From the human T2T-CHM13v2.0 reference genome, Homo sapiens: a DNA stretch of 64,000 bases. Where the stretch lies: assembly GCF_009914755.1 (NCBI RefSeq), contig NC_060946.1; one strand, given 5' to 3'. Made by a program: the position numbers and the translations under genes. Shown piece after piece: positions 1-17,102 of this stretch. Position 1 is the first letter of the stretch. Every line of letters begins with the position of its first letter. The notes beneath the pieces were generated by a model. It ran no database searches. It worked only from the letters and a program-made list of their open reading frames with translations, and was not told the origin of the DNA.

Positions 1-1100
1 GTGGTGGTCATCCCCACCCTGTGGCCCCCCCACCCCCGCCCCTTGCTGTCCCCTCGCTGTCCCCTCACTGTCCTCCTGCCAGAGCCCTTTGTTGCTGAGC
101 ATTTCTCACAGCCGGGGTCCCCTCCCCACCAAAGGGCCTCACTTACTTGCCAAATTCCAGCTGTCCCTCAGCCCCTTCACCGTGGCCTCCCACCCCCTCA
201 CCGCCTGGGGCGTCCAGGGCTCAGGGAGGGGCCTCTCCAGAGCCACCCCCACCCCATGGCGCGTCGCCTTCCAAGGCGGTGTGAGTCTCAGTTTGGCTGG
301 AATTTAGAAATGTCAGATTTCTAAGAATGAATATGTTAAACAGTTTATAAATAACACAATCCCCATGGGAATGCCGAGACACGCCTGCCGCGTGAGAATG
401 GTCTCTGAGACCCTGAGACGTTCCCTGTGTCTGTGAACCTGGGAAACTGGGCCCCGGGGACCGCCATGCAGTCAGACCCTGCTGTTGTCTCCGCCAAGGC
501 CAGCGGCTACGATGGTCAAAGCAACCCCGAGCTCCCAGAAGGCTCCAGGATAGCCACGACCCTCACCTCTTTCCAACCAGTGGCCTCCATCTGGGCAGGA
601 CAGGCCAGCGCTCAGCCATTTTCTCTGCTAGATTTTAAAGGCGTCATGATCACACGACACCTCCTAGGCATCCTGTCCCTGTATCTGGCACCCCTCCAGT
701 GCCCAGGGCCTGCACTGAGTGAGGGGCTGGGGGGCTGCGAGGACACTTCTCTGCTCCCATGGCCAAGTCCTAGAGAGTCCCCAAGATGGCCAGGTTCACA
801 GGCACCACAGGGTCTGGACAAGGGGGTGCAGACCTGCCAAGCGGGGGCTCCAATGACCCCATGTGCCATGACACCTGCAAGGCAGCTCTCATCACGGCCT
901 TCTACAGATGAGGAGATGAGGTGCAGAGGGGGTGATGGGTACCCCAAACCACTGAGCAGGGCAGGGTTGGGCCAAGCCAGCCTCCTCTCTACCTGGGACC
1001 CACAGGCTACTGTTCTGTCGGTGTTGGTCACTGCGTTGTCACAGTGTAAGGAGCCCTGAGCCCATGCCACTGGCCATCCAGAGGGCAGCCCAGTTCCATG

Positions 1101-1310
1101 GCAGTCATCTCAGTGGGGGAGAGGGGCTAGGGGACATTTGGCAAGGTCTGAAACATTTTGGGTCATCTCAACTGGACAGTGGGTGCTACTGGACCCCATT
1201 ACGTGGTAGGTAAAGGCCAGGTCACTGCTCTGTACCCAGCAGTGCTCAGGATGTCCCGTCACAGAGGCCCTGAACATCAGCAGTGCCAGCGGTGCTGGGG
1301 GAGACCCTGC
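1101..1310. mobile_element. MER20-like hAT-Charlie DNA transposon relic
   Basis: ggacatttggcaaggtctgaaacatttt...gggtgctactgg...aaggccagg...agaccctgc resembles the MER20 consensus. Confidence 0.6.
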
Positions 1311-2468
1311 TGTCAGCTCAAGTGAGTAGTGAGTACGGGAGTGAGGTGGCGGGGTCTGTGGGGCTCCTGAGGATGGCTGGCCTCAGGGAGCTGGGAGGAG
1401 GGGTTTCACGAGGGGATGGCTGTGGGGGTCAAGAGGGTAGCAGGTGCGGCAGGGCAGTACCCATGCACAATGCAGGGGCTCAGTCCAGGGACCCGGCACA
1501 CAGGTGAGTCCTTCTCCAAGATGTCATGATGCGTCCAGTGAGGAACGAAAGACACGAAGTGCCCCGCTGCCCGGCTCCACTCACAGGGTGCAGGTGACAA
1601 GGCTGGGGACTTCATGCCACATCTGGCCACAGGGCTGGAGGCCATGCAGGAGGGACAGCCCATGTCCCTTTCCAGGGCAGGAGGCAAGAACATGTCCAGA
1701 AGGCTGGCTCTAAAACCAGTGAACTGGGCTAGCTCCTAACCCTCTGCATCCAGCAGACGAGGACGGCCCACGTGGCACCCTCTGCGTCTGTCTCTCACCC
1801 ATTTAGGTGAAGTAATAATAACAGCTAAGGTCTTCTGGTATGAAATAAAAAAATGATTTTTTTAAAACGAGGGATCCAGGCTCAAGCATTTTCAGGAAAG
1901 GAAATATCTAGTTGCTCAGCTCATGCCACAGAGGCCAGAACACACCCCCTTCCTGAGCCACAGAGGCTGGAATGCACCCCCTTTCCGAGCCACGGAGGCT
2001 GGAACGCACCCCCTTCCCGGAGCTTCCCCTTGGAGGTAATTAAAGTGAGCCAGACACACAAACAGTCCTTCAGGGCCCCATTGTCCCTGGACAAAGGGAC
2101 CGCTCTTCAATGTAAGGGCCCCATGAGGTGCCCCCTTGGCTCAGGGAGGGCCCATCGCCATGACAACCCCTGCCAACAGGAGAGGCGCTGCGGTAAACGC
2201 TGGGGGGACGAGAGCCGCCTTCATCTCGGCTCACACGCAGCCCCAGAAAAGTCAGAGCGCAGCGGAAGGAAAATTAAGACATAAAGGAAAAGACCCCTGG
2301 GCTTGGGTTTGGGGGTGTTTTCCTTTCTCCTTTATGCCTTTTGGTACAGCCAAAATTTTCTAGAGTGTGTGTGCTTATCTTTGTGAACAAACCAAAAATA
2401 TTCCTATTCTGAAAAGCAACTTCTAGTGCTCCTGATAAAGCTTTAAAGATTCAAAAACACAAAGTGCT

Positions 2469-2785
2469 GGCCGGGTGCGGTGGCTCATGCCTGTAATCCC
2501 ACCAGCACTTCAGGAGGCCCAGGCGGGTAGATCACCTGAGGTCAGGAGTTCGAGACCAGCCTGGCCAACATGGCAAAACCCCATCTCTACTAAAAATAGA
2601 AAAATTCGCTGGGCATGGTGGCAGGCACCTGTAATCCCAGCTACCAGGATGCTGAGAAGGGAGAATCTCTTGAACCCAGGAGGTGGAGGTTGCAGTGAGC
2701 TGAGATCGTGTCATCGCACTCCAGCCTGGATGACAGATCAAGACTTCGTCTCAAAAACACACACACACACACACACACATACACT
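2469..2785 (+). mobile_element. AluS with (CA)n tail
   Basis: Full Alu dimer; cacaaagtgct flanks both sides. Confidence 0.95.
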
Positions 2786-3896
2786 CACAAAGTGCTGGTT
2801 TTCTTCACATTATAGACCCTTGGCAGTTTTTCTGGTTTTGTTTTTACATAGAAGATGGACACCAAAGGTGGGACAGAAATATGATTCACACAGAAAAAGC
2901 ACATGCAACAAGGGCACACCTGGAGACTCCCTGAGAACCACACGCAAAGCAGGTGCCCCCGGCTCTTCCAGTCTACACAGCTGGCTGCTCACCACAGCCC
3001 AGGGCCCCCACCACAACCTCCTGGCCAGGCCCTTAAATCCCAACCGGGACCAACACGTGTGTCAAAGCATCGCTCCAAAACAGAGCATGGCGTGGAGCAG
3101 ACTTTCCTTCTGCTCTATTTCATAACACGATAGTGACTGTGCTGAGCTTCTTTGGCACGCTGTCGTTCATTCCTTCAACAAACGCTGACTAGGCCTTGAC
3201 TTCGGGCCAGGCACCCAAAGCTCAGAGAGCTGTGGATCCCAGGACTTGAGAAGCTCAGGGCAGTCAGTGGGGCTGACAGCGCCAACACCCCCACAATGCC
3301 ACACTCCCCTGGGGGCAGCGGGCATCACGGGACACCCCAGGGGGTGATGTGCTGAAGACCAACAGTGGGGAAGGCAGGGAGAGTAGGGGGCAGAAGAAGA
3401 GTAAGAGGGTGAGATGAGGGAAGGAGGTGTCTCCCTGGTATGGGGCAGCCCCAGGAAAAGCCACTTTTCCCACTGACGGGGGCTACCAGCTCTGTAAACA
3501 TCCCTCGGTCATTAGACACAATGACCCGCCTCTCTGCTCACTGCTCATCCCAGGCACTAGGTAAGAGCATCCCCTGCCCGGATGACATGACGGTCACCTC
3601 CTGCTTTTCTCCTGGTGTCAGCTCTTACAATTCTGCCAGGATGTCCTTCATGCTGCCTCCGAGAAACGCAGCAAGTCGTTCAGGTTCTGGGGTCCTGAAG
3701 TGCCCCGAGCCCACCCCCAGATCCCAGCCCAGTGGCCCCCACGCTGCCAGGAGCTCTCAGTGTGGCAAACACAGCAGCAGCAAGAGTGACGGCGGCACTC
3801 ATAAGCCCTTACTAAGCGTGCTGCCCTCGAGGGCTCACAGCTAGGGGCAGGTGTCCCGGATTTGCAGAGGAGGACCAAGAAGCACTCAGGGACTGA

Positions 3897-4640
<744 letters not shown>

Positions 4641-5410
4641 CAGCAATCCCCATCATCCTAGGACGGGAATCCATCCCTCCCCAGTGGAGTGAATAGGAGG
4701 CCATTTAACCAGTGAGTGACTTCTGGGGCGAGATTCAAACCCGCGACCACCATCACGGGCGCCTCTCAAAATCACGCGACTGGGGACAATACACCTGGGG
4801 ACTAGGCCATGTGGGCTCAACGCTGCTGCAGTGAGCCAGAACACATGAAGGAAACACTCAAGGAAAGGCGGTATCCAACTACGGCCTTTATTCCTCTACT
4901 ATCAGGCAACACAGGGAAGAGTGTTCATGATCACGAGAGGCAACATGGCCTGTAAGTGTGCAAGAGGATTAAAAATACAAGTTCAAAAGCATTCCCCACG
5001 TGGGGTCCTGAGTTTTACAGGACACTTAAACCAGCCCACATACCTGACCATACCAAGAAGTCCAATGCAGTCACACAAAAACATGTACACTAAAAGTGAG
5101 GCAATCCAACACACTTCAAGTTGCAACTTGAGTATTTCAAGCAATATTCTCAACCATAAAATCTTAGGAGCCAAGATCAATGTGGGGAGGCCTTAGGTTT
5201 ACCATAATGAGACACTGCCTGTACACTGTTATAATTGGCCCTTATCTCGTGCACCAGGGATAGGAGTCCCAGCCCTGCAGTGTGCACTTCCTACGGGCAG
5301 CAACACTTCTGTTTACTCCGTCACTACATCCCCAGAGCCAACACTCACCTGCGCAGACAGCCTCCTAATAAATACTGGTTGGAATATGGCCCAGAAGCTC
5401 AAAGCCATAG

Positions 5411-5731
<321 letters not shown>

Positions 5732-7513
5732 CTCATTTGTAATTTTTCACAGCTCTTTACTTGTCTTGTCTACACTTTTCTCACATCCCAGCACCCACCT
5801 GGGAAAGGTTCCTGGGGTCAGAATCATCTGACCTTGACTGTGGGTCTTTCCCACCCAGGTAGGCTCCAACACCAGGGGAATCCCACCCAGTCCTCGAGAT
5901 GACAGTGTCAAAAACCCAGTAAGCGAGACTACTCACAATGGAGCCGGCATTTCTGAAGGGTGATTATTTAAGCCACACCTCAACTGCGGGCCTATGTGAT
6001 GCTGAAGCTCTTCCACCCAGACGTTTCACCAGGCCCCGACGGTCCATCCAGGTGAGGGCTGGAGTCAGGTCCACCTGCACTCTGATCCCCGGGGGCCCAA
6101 GGCCACACACCTCTGGCTGCCAGTCAGTCAGAACCAGTCCTGGTGAGGTGGGGAGTGGGGGCATGAAGGATGTGGCCTGAGGACACCCCAACAGCATCTG
6201 TGTATCACCGCCAGACCCTTGCTGAAAGTCAGGGATAATGCAATGGCCCCTCTCAGCACCTCCCCAGACCTCCCCAGACTCTGTGGTCCCTCCTCCCAGC
6301 ATCAAAGAGAAGAGTCACTCCCCGGAGGGAGCCGGGGCTGCAGGGCCGAGGCTCACGGCTGGGCTCTGGAAGAAGAGGGGTGTTTCTGAATGAATTGCCC
6401 AGCCCTGTCCTGCCTCGCTGAGTCATTCCCAAGTCAGCAAGCACAAGTCACTGCGGGAAAAGCTCTGGAGCTGCCACCCCTTCCCACCCCAGGGATGCCT
6501 GTCCGTACCCGCCGTCAATCCAGCCCTCAGGCCTGGGGGATGAGCACCTCAGACGTGCTCTTTGCAGCTGGCATCCGCTCCAAACTCCATGCCTCCCCAC
6601 AAAAGTGGCTCTGTCCAAACCCCAGCCCTCTTGGGCCCTGGCAACCAGCCTAGTCCTCGCCAGCCCCTTCTAGAAAGCACCCCCAGCACCCCCTCAGCTT
6701 CAGCCTGGGCTGAGAAAAGGCTGTCTGGCAGCGTGGACCCCCCTCAGCGTCCCAGCAGAGCCAACCCCCCCGGGGACACTCATGGGACACAGCATGGGCA
6801 GTAGGAGCCATTCCACCCGTGCATCAGCCCTCTGGCCACACTCTGGGACCTCATGGCCCTGCCCACCACTCCCAGCCCACAGCCAGGCAAGTGACCCCCA
6901 CCTGGGCCCTCCTGGGGAGAGCTGCACAGCTGTCGGCAGCACAGCTGGAACCACAGCCCAGCGGTCTCAGTGCGTATCACAAAGGCTAGCTTGTGAGTGG
7001 ATGCTCCCAAGTCACATGACCCCCAGGTAGGAAGGTTTGCACATGTTTCATCAGGGTAAAGGGAAAGAGGCTCACCTTAAACACAAACTCTATGAAGGCC
7101 TTAGACAGAAAATAGGAAAGCATGACAGTCTGTGTCTCCATGGTGAAGTCAGCTCTGGGAGGGCTGAGCCTGATGCAGAGTGGGTGTGCACAAGCTGCAG
7201 GGCACCCCGGGGGCTGCAGGTGGAGGACACAGCCAATAGGACGGGCCTCAGTCACACAGTGCTCAGGGCTGGGGACTCAAAGGCACAGAGGCTGAGGCTT
7301 TGTAAGTCCTGCTGGGGGATCAGGGGATGACTAAGTCACTGGGGCCTCCCCAGCCTGGCAGGCTCCTATCTGTGTAACAGGCTCCCAGCAGCCAGTGTAG
7401 GAAGGCAGCCCCGGCAGGAGGATACACCAGGACATTCCGCCCATCCTGCAGATCTCCAGCACTGACCAGCATCCACAGCACAGTCAACTGGGGTTAAGAA
7501 AGTAGGAATGAGT

Positions 7514-8123
7514 TCAGAGAAATGCAAATCAAAACCACAATGAGATATCATCTCACACCAGTTACAATGGCGATCATTAAAAAGTCAGGAAACAACAGGT
7601 ACTGGAGAGAATGTGGAGAAACAGGAACACTTTTACACTGTTGGTGGGACTGCAAACTAGTTGAACCATTGTGGAAGACAGTGTGGCGATTCCTCAAGGA
7701 TCTAGAAGTAGAAATACCATTTGACCCAGCCATCCCATTACTGGGTATATACCCAAAGGATTATAAATCATGCTGCTATAAAGACACATGCACACGTATG
7801 TTTATTGCGGCACTACTCACAATAGCAAAGACTTGGAACCAACCCAAATGTCCACCAATGATAGACTGGATTAAGAAAATGTGGCACATATACACCATGG
7901 AATACTATGCAGCCATAAAAAATGATGAGTTCATGTCCTTTGTAAGGACATGGATGAAGCTGGAAACCATCATTCTCAGCAAACTATCGCAAGGACAAAA
8001 AACCAAACACCGCATGTTCTCACTCATAGGTGGGAACTGAACAATGAGAACACTTGGACACAGGAAGGGAAACATCACACACCGGGGCCTGTTGTGGGGT
8101 TGGGGGAGTGGGGAGGGATAGCA
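7514..8123 (+). mobile_element. Primate L1PA 3' fragment (ORF2 C-terminus plus partial 3' UTR), no poly(A)
   Basis: ORF 7522-8040 [13 protein letters not shown]...MFSLIGGN* is the L1 ORF2p C-terminus, followed by the G-rich 3' UTR tract ending at gggatagca. Confidence 0.96.
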
Positions 8124-8139
8124 CACCGGTTTTGGGGGG

Positions 8140-8277
8140 TTTTTTAAAATTTTTTTTTATAGACACAGGGTCTCGCCATGTTGCCCAGGCCGGTCTTGAA
8201 CTCCTGGCCTCAAGCAAGCCTCCTGCCTCGCCTCCCAAAGTGCTTGGGATTAGAAGCATGAGCCACCACACCTGGCC
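8140..8277 (-). mobile_element. Alu monomer (FLAM or AluJ left arm)
   Basis: Antisense left-monomer consensus. Confidence 0.85.
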
Positions 8278-9542
8278 AGGACATACTTTTCAAAGCTCAT
8301 TTGCTGCCACCTTGACACCTCCCAGGTAATTTCCTCGACCAGCTCATGTTATGTGGCTCCTCCGGCCCAACGGACCACAAAGTCCATTCCCTCCACTTCT
8401 CACCCAGGCACACGACTCTCTCAGGACACAGGCAACACCCTATGTTGTGCCAGGCAGGAAGCTGCGGGGTGGGGACTGGCAGGAAGGCAGGCGGCCGAGG
8501 GCTGTCCCCTCACCCTCCCTCCCCGTTTCCCACTGCAGCTGACCCCCACTGACCCATGCCCAGAATCCCACCTAAACCAGTGTCACGGCTGGCAAAGCCA
8601 TGGGATGCCCTTTTCGTGTTTTAAAGCAAAGGAACCTTTATCACCCATAAGGGATGAGCTGGGCTCATCCACTTCCTGAGGCTGGTGACTCTGGGGGAAG
8701 AATCCAGAGGGTCTGGCTCTGGCCAGGGCAGGTTCTCACCCCAATGGATCATTCCCCTGAGGTATACAAACCACCTCCCCATCCCCCACTGCCTCAGTTT
8801 TCCCAGCTGCAGAGCATGGAGCTGCCAGGTGCAAGTTTGGCCCCTGAAGGGGCTTGGCCCATTTTCCCACTGCTCCACCTTTGCTCTGGCAAAAAATGCT
8901 GGGCCGATGACCCGCAGGAAAAACAGGAGGGAAGAGAGAATTCCTGCCACAAATGCAATGGGTTTCCCGGGCCAAACCGGAGACTTGGACGGCCGTCCAA
9001 CACCAAAGCCACCGGTTTCCTGCCTACGGGGTCATCCCGGCCTGGTTTTCCCCCAAAACAGACTCCATCTGGCACTTGTCATCTTCCACGGGGCACAAGG
9101 CGGTATCTGGAGGGTAGAACCACAATGGCTGATGTGCACTGTCCCGGCGCCCCAGGCCGGCTCTTGTCTTGGTACCTCTGTCCACAGTAAGGTGCCCCTG
9201 CAGACACGCCGCAAAACATGCCCCTGAGCTTCCCGTCCTGCACACACAGACGCACCCCTGACCTCTGACGGCCACATGCAGGACAGACAGGAAGTCTCAC
9301 AGAACAATAAACCTTCATATTTTCCATTCTCTCCTCTTTGAAGAATTGGGAGAACTTGCGATTATGTGTTAGAATTTTCCATGCTTAGAAGCGAGGGCTG
9401 CATTGAAGAGGCGACTCCCATGGCTATGGCACTTGGCATTGAGACCCAGAGGGAAAGGGAGGGTGAGCTGTCATCTGAAAGCACCCACCACCCTGTGTCC
9501 CCATATTCTGTTTACTACACACCTCCCACGGTGTCCCCTTCC

Positions 9543-9848
<306 letters not shown>

Positions 9849-10199
9849 TCGGCATCCCCTTTCTAAAGGACATCTCAAAGCACAGCGCGGCCCCTCAGCA
9901 CAGACGCTGCTATCACAGCAGACCTTACTGAGGAGTCAGAGCCTGTGGGGGCACCATCAGCAGGGGCGCTCAGCCCGTGCCACACTCAGTCTCGTTAGAG
10001 GAGAACGAAGGGAGTGGGCTCCCACAGACCACATTGCACTGCGACAAGGCAAACCGATGGTGTGCTCGGGCATTCGGGTGGACAGACTGCAGATCCCACT
10101 GAGAAGGGAGGCCTCGGTTATCTGATTTAACACGAAGAAACCAGTCACACACACAAACATGAAGGCAGGCGTGGCAGTGGGTTCACTACCCTGCCCCAA

Positions 10200-10979
<780 letters not shown>

Positions 10980-11490
10980 TCAGTGTATCCAAATGCTGAT
11001 ACAAATACACTTGAACCAGCGTGTGTACTGGTGGTTTTGGACCCAAGGCTTGGTCATGAAGAGAGGGTGCTGAGGGCCAGCACTGGGCCACACAGAGCAC
11101 AGGGCTACGATTTGGGAGCCCCCGGGTTGGCCCGGGGAGCAGCGGTCTCAGCCGCCCACTACAGCTCACCTCTTGTCCAAGTTGGTAGAACCAGGCAGAG
11201 CCTGGGCATCAGGTCTGAATGCCCAGCTGGTCTCCCTTCCTGGGCGGGGTTGGGAGGTGCCCAAGACATCCACATACCCAGGGACCCCCTCCCATGCCCC
11301 TGAGATGCAAGGTCCCAGAACCTGCAGAAAAACCAGGAAACACTGGACCCTGCTCAGGTGCCGCCAGAAACACGAAGCCTTCCTTGCACCCAGGGCCCCT
11401 AAAACAGGGAACATGTCCATTTGTGTGGCTGTTGATAATGCAGTCAAATAACCAGAGATTTGATCCATGTACCAGGCACAAGATTTATAG

Positions 11491-11812
<322 letters not shown>

Positions 11813-12107
11813 CCCTATTGCCATTTGTGATCTCAAGACATGGTCTAAGAGCACAGGAAAAGGCACAGAAGGAAGAAGAGCCCCGAGCCCAGAAGGAGGC
11901 CCTGGATGGCCTCGAACCCCAGGACAGGACCAAAGGAACCCGTTCAGTGCTCAAGCTCTCAGGGAAATCATACCTGAAACCACAGACACAGGCACCCGCT
12001 CCCACGCCTCCCACACCTGAGCGTCTGCAACAGTTTGCATTAGTCCTTCTAGCATTTTTTTTCTTGTAATAAAATGTACATAATACGGATCTTAACATGG
12101 TAACCAC

Positions 12108-12392
12108 TTTTATTTTTGAGACGGAGTCTTGCTCTTCTCACCCAGGCTAGTGTAAAATGGCCTGATCTCAGTTCACTGCAATCTCCTCCTCCCCAGTTCA
12201 AGCAATTCTCCTACCTCAGCCTCCTGAGTAGTTGGGATTACAGGCACCCGTCATCAGGCCCAGCTAATTTTTTGCATTTTTAGTGGAGACAAGGTTTCAC
12301 CATGTTGGCCAGGCTGATCTCGAGCTCCTGACCTCATGTGATCCACCTGCCTCGGCCTCCCAAAGTGCTAGGATTACAGGTGTGGCCCACTG
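12108..12392 (-). mobile_element. AluS
   Basis: Antisense Alu within L1MB. Confidence 0.93.
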
Positions 12393-12861
12393 TAACCATT
12401 TTTAAATGCACCCACAGTTTAGGGGCATGAAGTACCTTTACACTGTTATACAACCATCATCACCCTCCATCTCCAGAGCCTTTCATCTTCCCAAAGTGAA
12501 ACTCTGTCCCCATTAAACGCAACTCCTGTCCCCTCCCCACCCCCTGGCAACCACCATTCTACTTCCTGTCTCTATGAATTTGACTCCTCTAGGGACCTCA
12601 GTGGAATCATACAGAATTTGTGCTTTTCAGTCTTGCTTATTTCACTTAGCATAATGTCCTCAAGGTTCACCCACGTTGTAGTAAGTGTCAGAATTTCCGT
12701 CCTTTTTCAGGCTAAGTAGTATTCCATCATGCAACTGAACCACATGTTGCTTATCCATTCGTCTGTTCACAGACACCTGGGTTGCTTCCACCTTTTGGTT
12801 ACTGTGAATAACACTGCTATAAACATGGGTGTACAAATACCTCTTTAAAGATCTTGTTTTC

Positions 12862-13522
<661 letters not shown>

Positions 13523-13785
13523 TCATATGGTAGTTCTATTTTTCATATTTTGCGGAACCTCCATACTGTGTTCCACAGCACCTGCACCATTTTACACTCC
13601 ACCAACAGGGCAAAAGGGTTCCAGTTTCTCTGCATCCTTCAACACGTGTTTTCTGAGTTTTTTTGACCACAGTCATCCTAATGGGTATGAAGTAGCATCT
13701 CCTTGCAGGTTTGGGGTTTTTTTGTGTGTGTGTCAGTCAACTCACTGGCAAACAGTTATTGCCCTGCAAAAGCGTGTATGTGTTA

Positions 13786-14047
13786 AACAGGGTCTTACTC
13801 TGTTGTGCAGTCTGGAGTGCAGTGATGCAATCTCAGCTCACTGCAACCTCCACCTCCCAAGCTGAAGCGAACCTCCCGCCTCAGCCTCTTGACTAGCTGA
13901 GACTACAGGTTCATGCTACCACACCCAGCTAATTTTTTTATATTTTGTATATTTTTTTGGTAGAAATTGCCAATTCCTCGGCTCAAGCAATCCTCCTGCC
14001 TCAGATTCCCAAAGTGCCAGGATTATAGGCTGGAGCCCCCACGCCTG
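13786..14047 (-). mobile_element. AluJ-like, degenerate
   Basis: Antisense and diverged. Confidence 0.8.
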
Positions 14048-14886
14048 CGGTTTCGACTTGAATTTCCCTGTTGACTAATGACTCTGAGCATCTTTTTTTG
14101 TGCTTATTGGCCACTTGTATCTTTGGAAGAAATGTCTATTCAAGTCCTTTGCTCATTTTTTAATTCCATTGTTTTCTTGTTGCTAAATTGTAGGAGTTCT
14201 TTACATAGTCTGGATATTAATCCCTTATCACATATAGGATTTGCAAATATTTCATAACAGTTTTTAAATGGGATACTTTCTCAGAGCTTGAGACATACAT
14301 GGGCAAGAAAAAGGAGGTTTCCCCAATCACAGTCAGATCTCCAGGCTGGATCTCTGCTTTTCCATTCCCCAACCTACAGAAGGGTGAGAGGCAGCAGGGA
14401 AGGGGCCCCAGGGGATGGCCATTCCACCTTCGGAGGTCCAGAGGGGGCCAGGCAGACCCAGCATCAGGCAATCTGAACAGGGCAGTGAGTGGAGAACAGC
14501 CCAGGCCTCATCTCTGGTGAAATCTCAGGCCGTCTCCAATGCTGGGAGAACACCTGCTCAGCGGGCCCATGCCCAGCATCACAACACATCAAAGGACAGC
14601 CCCTGGGGCCTTGGCCGACAGCGGAACTGCAGGGCAGCTGAACAACTTCATTCTGATGATGAAAACCGCCCTGCAACAATCAACTCACTGACAAATGGTT
14701 ATTGCCCTGCAAGAGCATTCTTATCTCCGAATGCTAACAGGGCATGTGATTTTATTTGAATTAGTTGCTGTTAGTTTACTTTAACCAAGTGTCATTTAGA
14801 TTAGATATGAACAAAAATCCTAAAAAATATTTAAAAGAAGATACAAAACTGTGAATAAAAACAGACTATTAAGAAAGAAAAATCTT

Positions 14887-15200
14887 AGCCTGGTGCAGTG
14901 GCTGATGCCTGTAATCCCAGCACTTTGGGAGGCCAAGGCGGACGGTTCAGCTGAGGTCAGGAGCTCGAGACCAGCCTGGCCAAAGTGGTGAAACCCCATC
15001 TCTACTAAAAATACAAAAATTAGCTGGGTGTGGTAGCGGGCACCTGTAGTCCAGATACCCAAGGGGCAGAGGCACGAGAATCGCTTGAACTTGTGAGGCG
15101 GAGGTTGCAGTGGGCTGAGATTGCACCACTGCACTCCAGCCTGGGTGCCAGAGTGAGACTCTGTCTCAAATAAATAAATAAATAAATAAATAAAATAAAA
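14887..15200 (+). mobile_element. AluS with (AAAT)n tail
   Basis: TSD aagaaagaaaaatctt. Confidence 0.95.
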
Positions 15201-16166
15201 AGAAAGAAAAATCTTGATGGGTGGATGGACAGTTGGAAGGAGGGAGGGAGGGAAGAATACAGGGCAGGAGAAAGGCGACTCCCCGGCTAGTACAATGCAG
15301 CTTCTCTGAGCTGGAAGGCCCCTCAACAGGTGCGTCAGCCCCTGCTCTGAGCAGGCTCCTCATCTGGTATCTCCCTCCCCAGGCTCCCCAAATAAGAGCC
15401 TCCAGCTCTGACCAGTGACATGCCTGCCTCCCTGCACCTGGTGCCCACCAGTCCTTCACTCTACAGCTTCTTGTGACAGCTCTACCATAAGAGACCCCAC
15501 AAGGACCCAGAGAAGGCTCCAAGGAGCCCCTTCTCCAGCCTCAGCCCCTCCCACAGTCCTGCAGCACGGCTGCCACTGTCGCCCACCCCCACAATCAGGC
15601 ACCATGTGCAGGTAACTCTCAGCCGTCCCGTTTCAGGCAATGCAGTCACTTGCACTGAGCTTCCGTCCTCAGAAACCTCCAGCTCTGTGCCCCAGGGCCT
15701 CGCCACTGACAGACAGAGGGGACCGAAGATGGCTGTCAGCACCACGATTAGAGCACACAGACCCCAGAGTCTGCGCCTGGCTCTTCCTGTCGCTACAAGC
15801 TCTCTAGCCTCAGTTTCTCTGCCCTTACCATGGGGATCCTGTAAGATTTCACTGAGACGATGCAGGCACAGACTGAACAGGCACCGCGGTGGTGGGAAGC
15901 ACACAGACCCAGGCGGTCCCGCGCCCACTTCTCAATCACCCCTGCTCTGGGCCAGCCTCCTTGCTACATGATTCCCCTCTTACAGGCCTGCCCCCTGTGC
16001 TTGGGACACGCGTAAGCCTCCAAACAAGGCCCGCAGCTCTGAGGGACACATCCTGTCCCCTGCACAATCCCCATGACAACTGGAAGGGGCGAAGTCGGTG
16101 TGTCGGGCGGCTGGAAGGAAAGGTGTTACCCCACACGATGACCTTGAAAACGGCCCCCACCCCCGT

Positions 16167-16220
16167 TGTGTGCGTGTGTGTGCGTGTGTGTGTGCGTGTG
16201 TGTGTGCGTGTGTGTGTGTG
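16167..16220. repeat. (TG)n/(CG) alternating microsatellite
   Basis: About 54 bp of uninterrupted purine-pyrimidine alternation. Confidence 0.95.
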
Positions 16221-16799
16221 TTTTGTTTGCTTTTTAAGAGCCCCTGGCCTTCATCCAGGACAAGAGAACAGGCGCTAGAGGGATGACCCCACTAAAAGGC
16301 TGCTGTGGGGCTTTTCCCAGCTATGGAATGTTCACGCCCAAAAGGGGGACCTGATTACTAAGGTATCCACAAGTCCTTACCCGAAGCAAAAGCCTAAGAA
16401 TTCAGTCACTGGTGTTTTCCTGAAAAATGCCCATCCCTTCACCAGGGCGAGTCCCTCAGCACGTGTGGGAGGAAACGAAAACGGCTCCTGGGGGCTGTCC
16501 GTGCTTCTGCGCGGCTCCCCTTGTACCCCAAGTAAAGGCACTGGGCCCTCCACCTGGCAGGCAGCCCCCTCCCCTCACCCCTCCGAGGGTCCCCTCCGGC
16601 TCATTCCAGAAATAATCCACACCGCCTACCAGGCCCCAGGTCCACAGGCTTCAGGACAGGGAAGCCCAGGGGCCTCCAAGAGGAGCGGCCACTACTGCAA
16701 GACTGGCCTCTGGACCCTCATGGCTTGAACTTCCACCTGAATTTCCTCCCAAAACAAGCAAGAGGAAGGCTGGGTCGCTGAATTAAAGAGGGTCGTCTA

Positions 16800-17102
<303 letters not shown>

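Noticed and set aside
7522-8040. Host gene or active L1
   Set aside because: Only the ORF2 C-terminus is present; there is no promoter, ORF1, endonuclease or reverse transcriptase.
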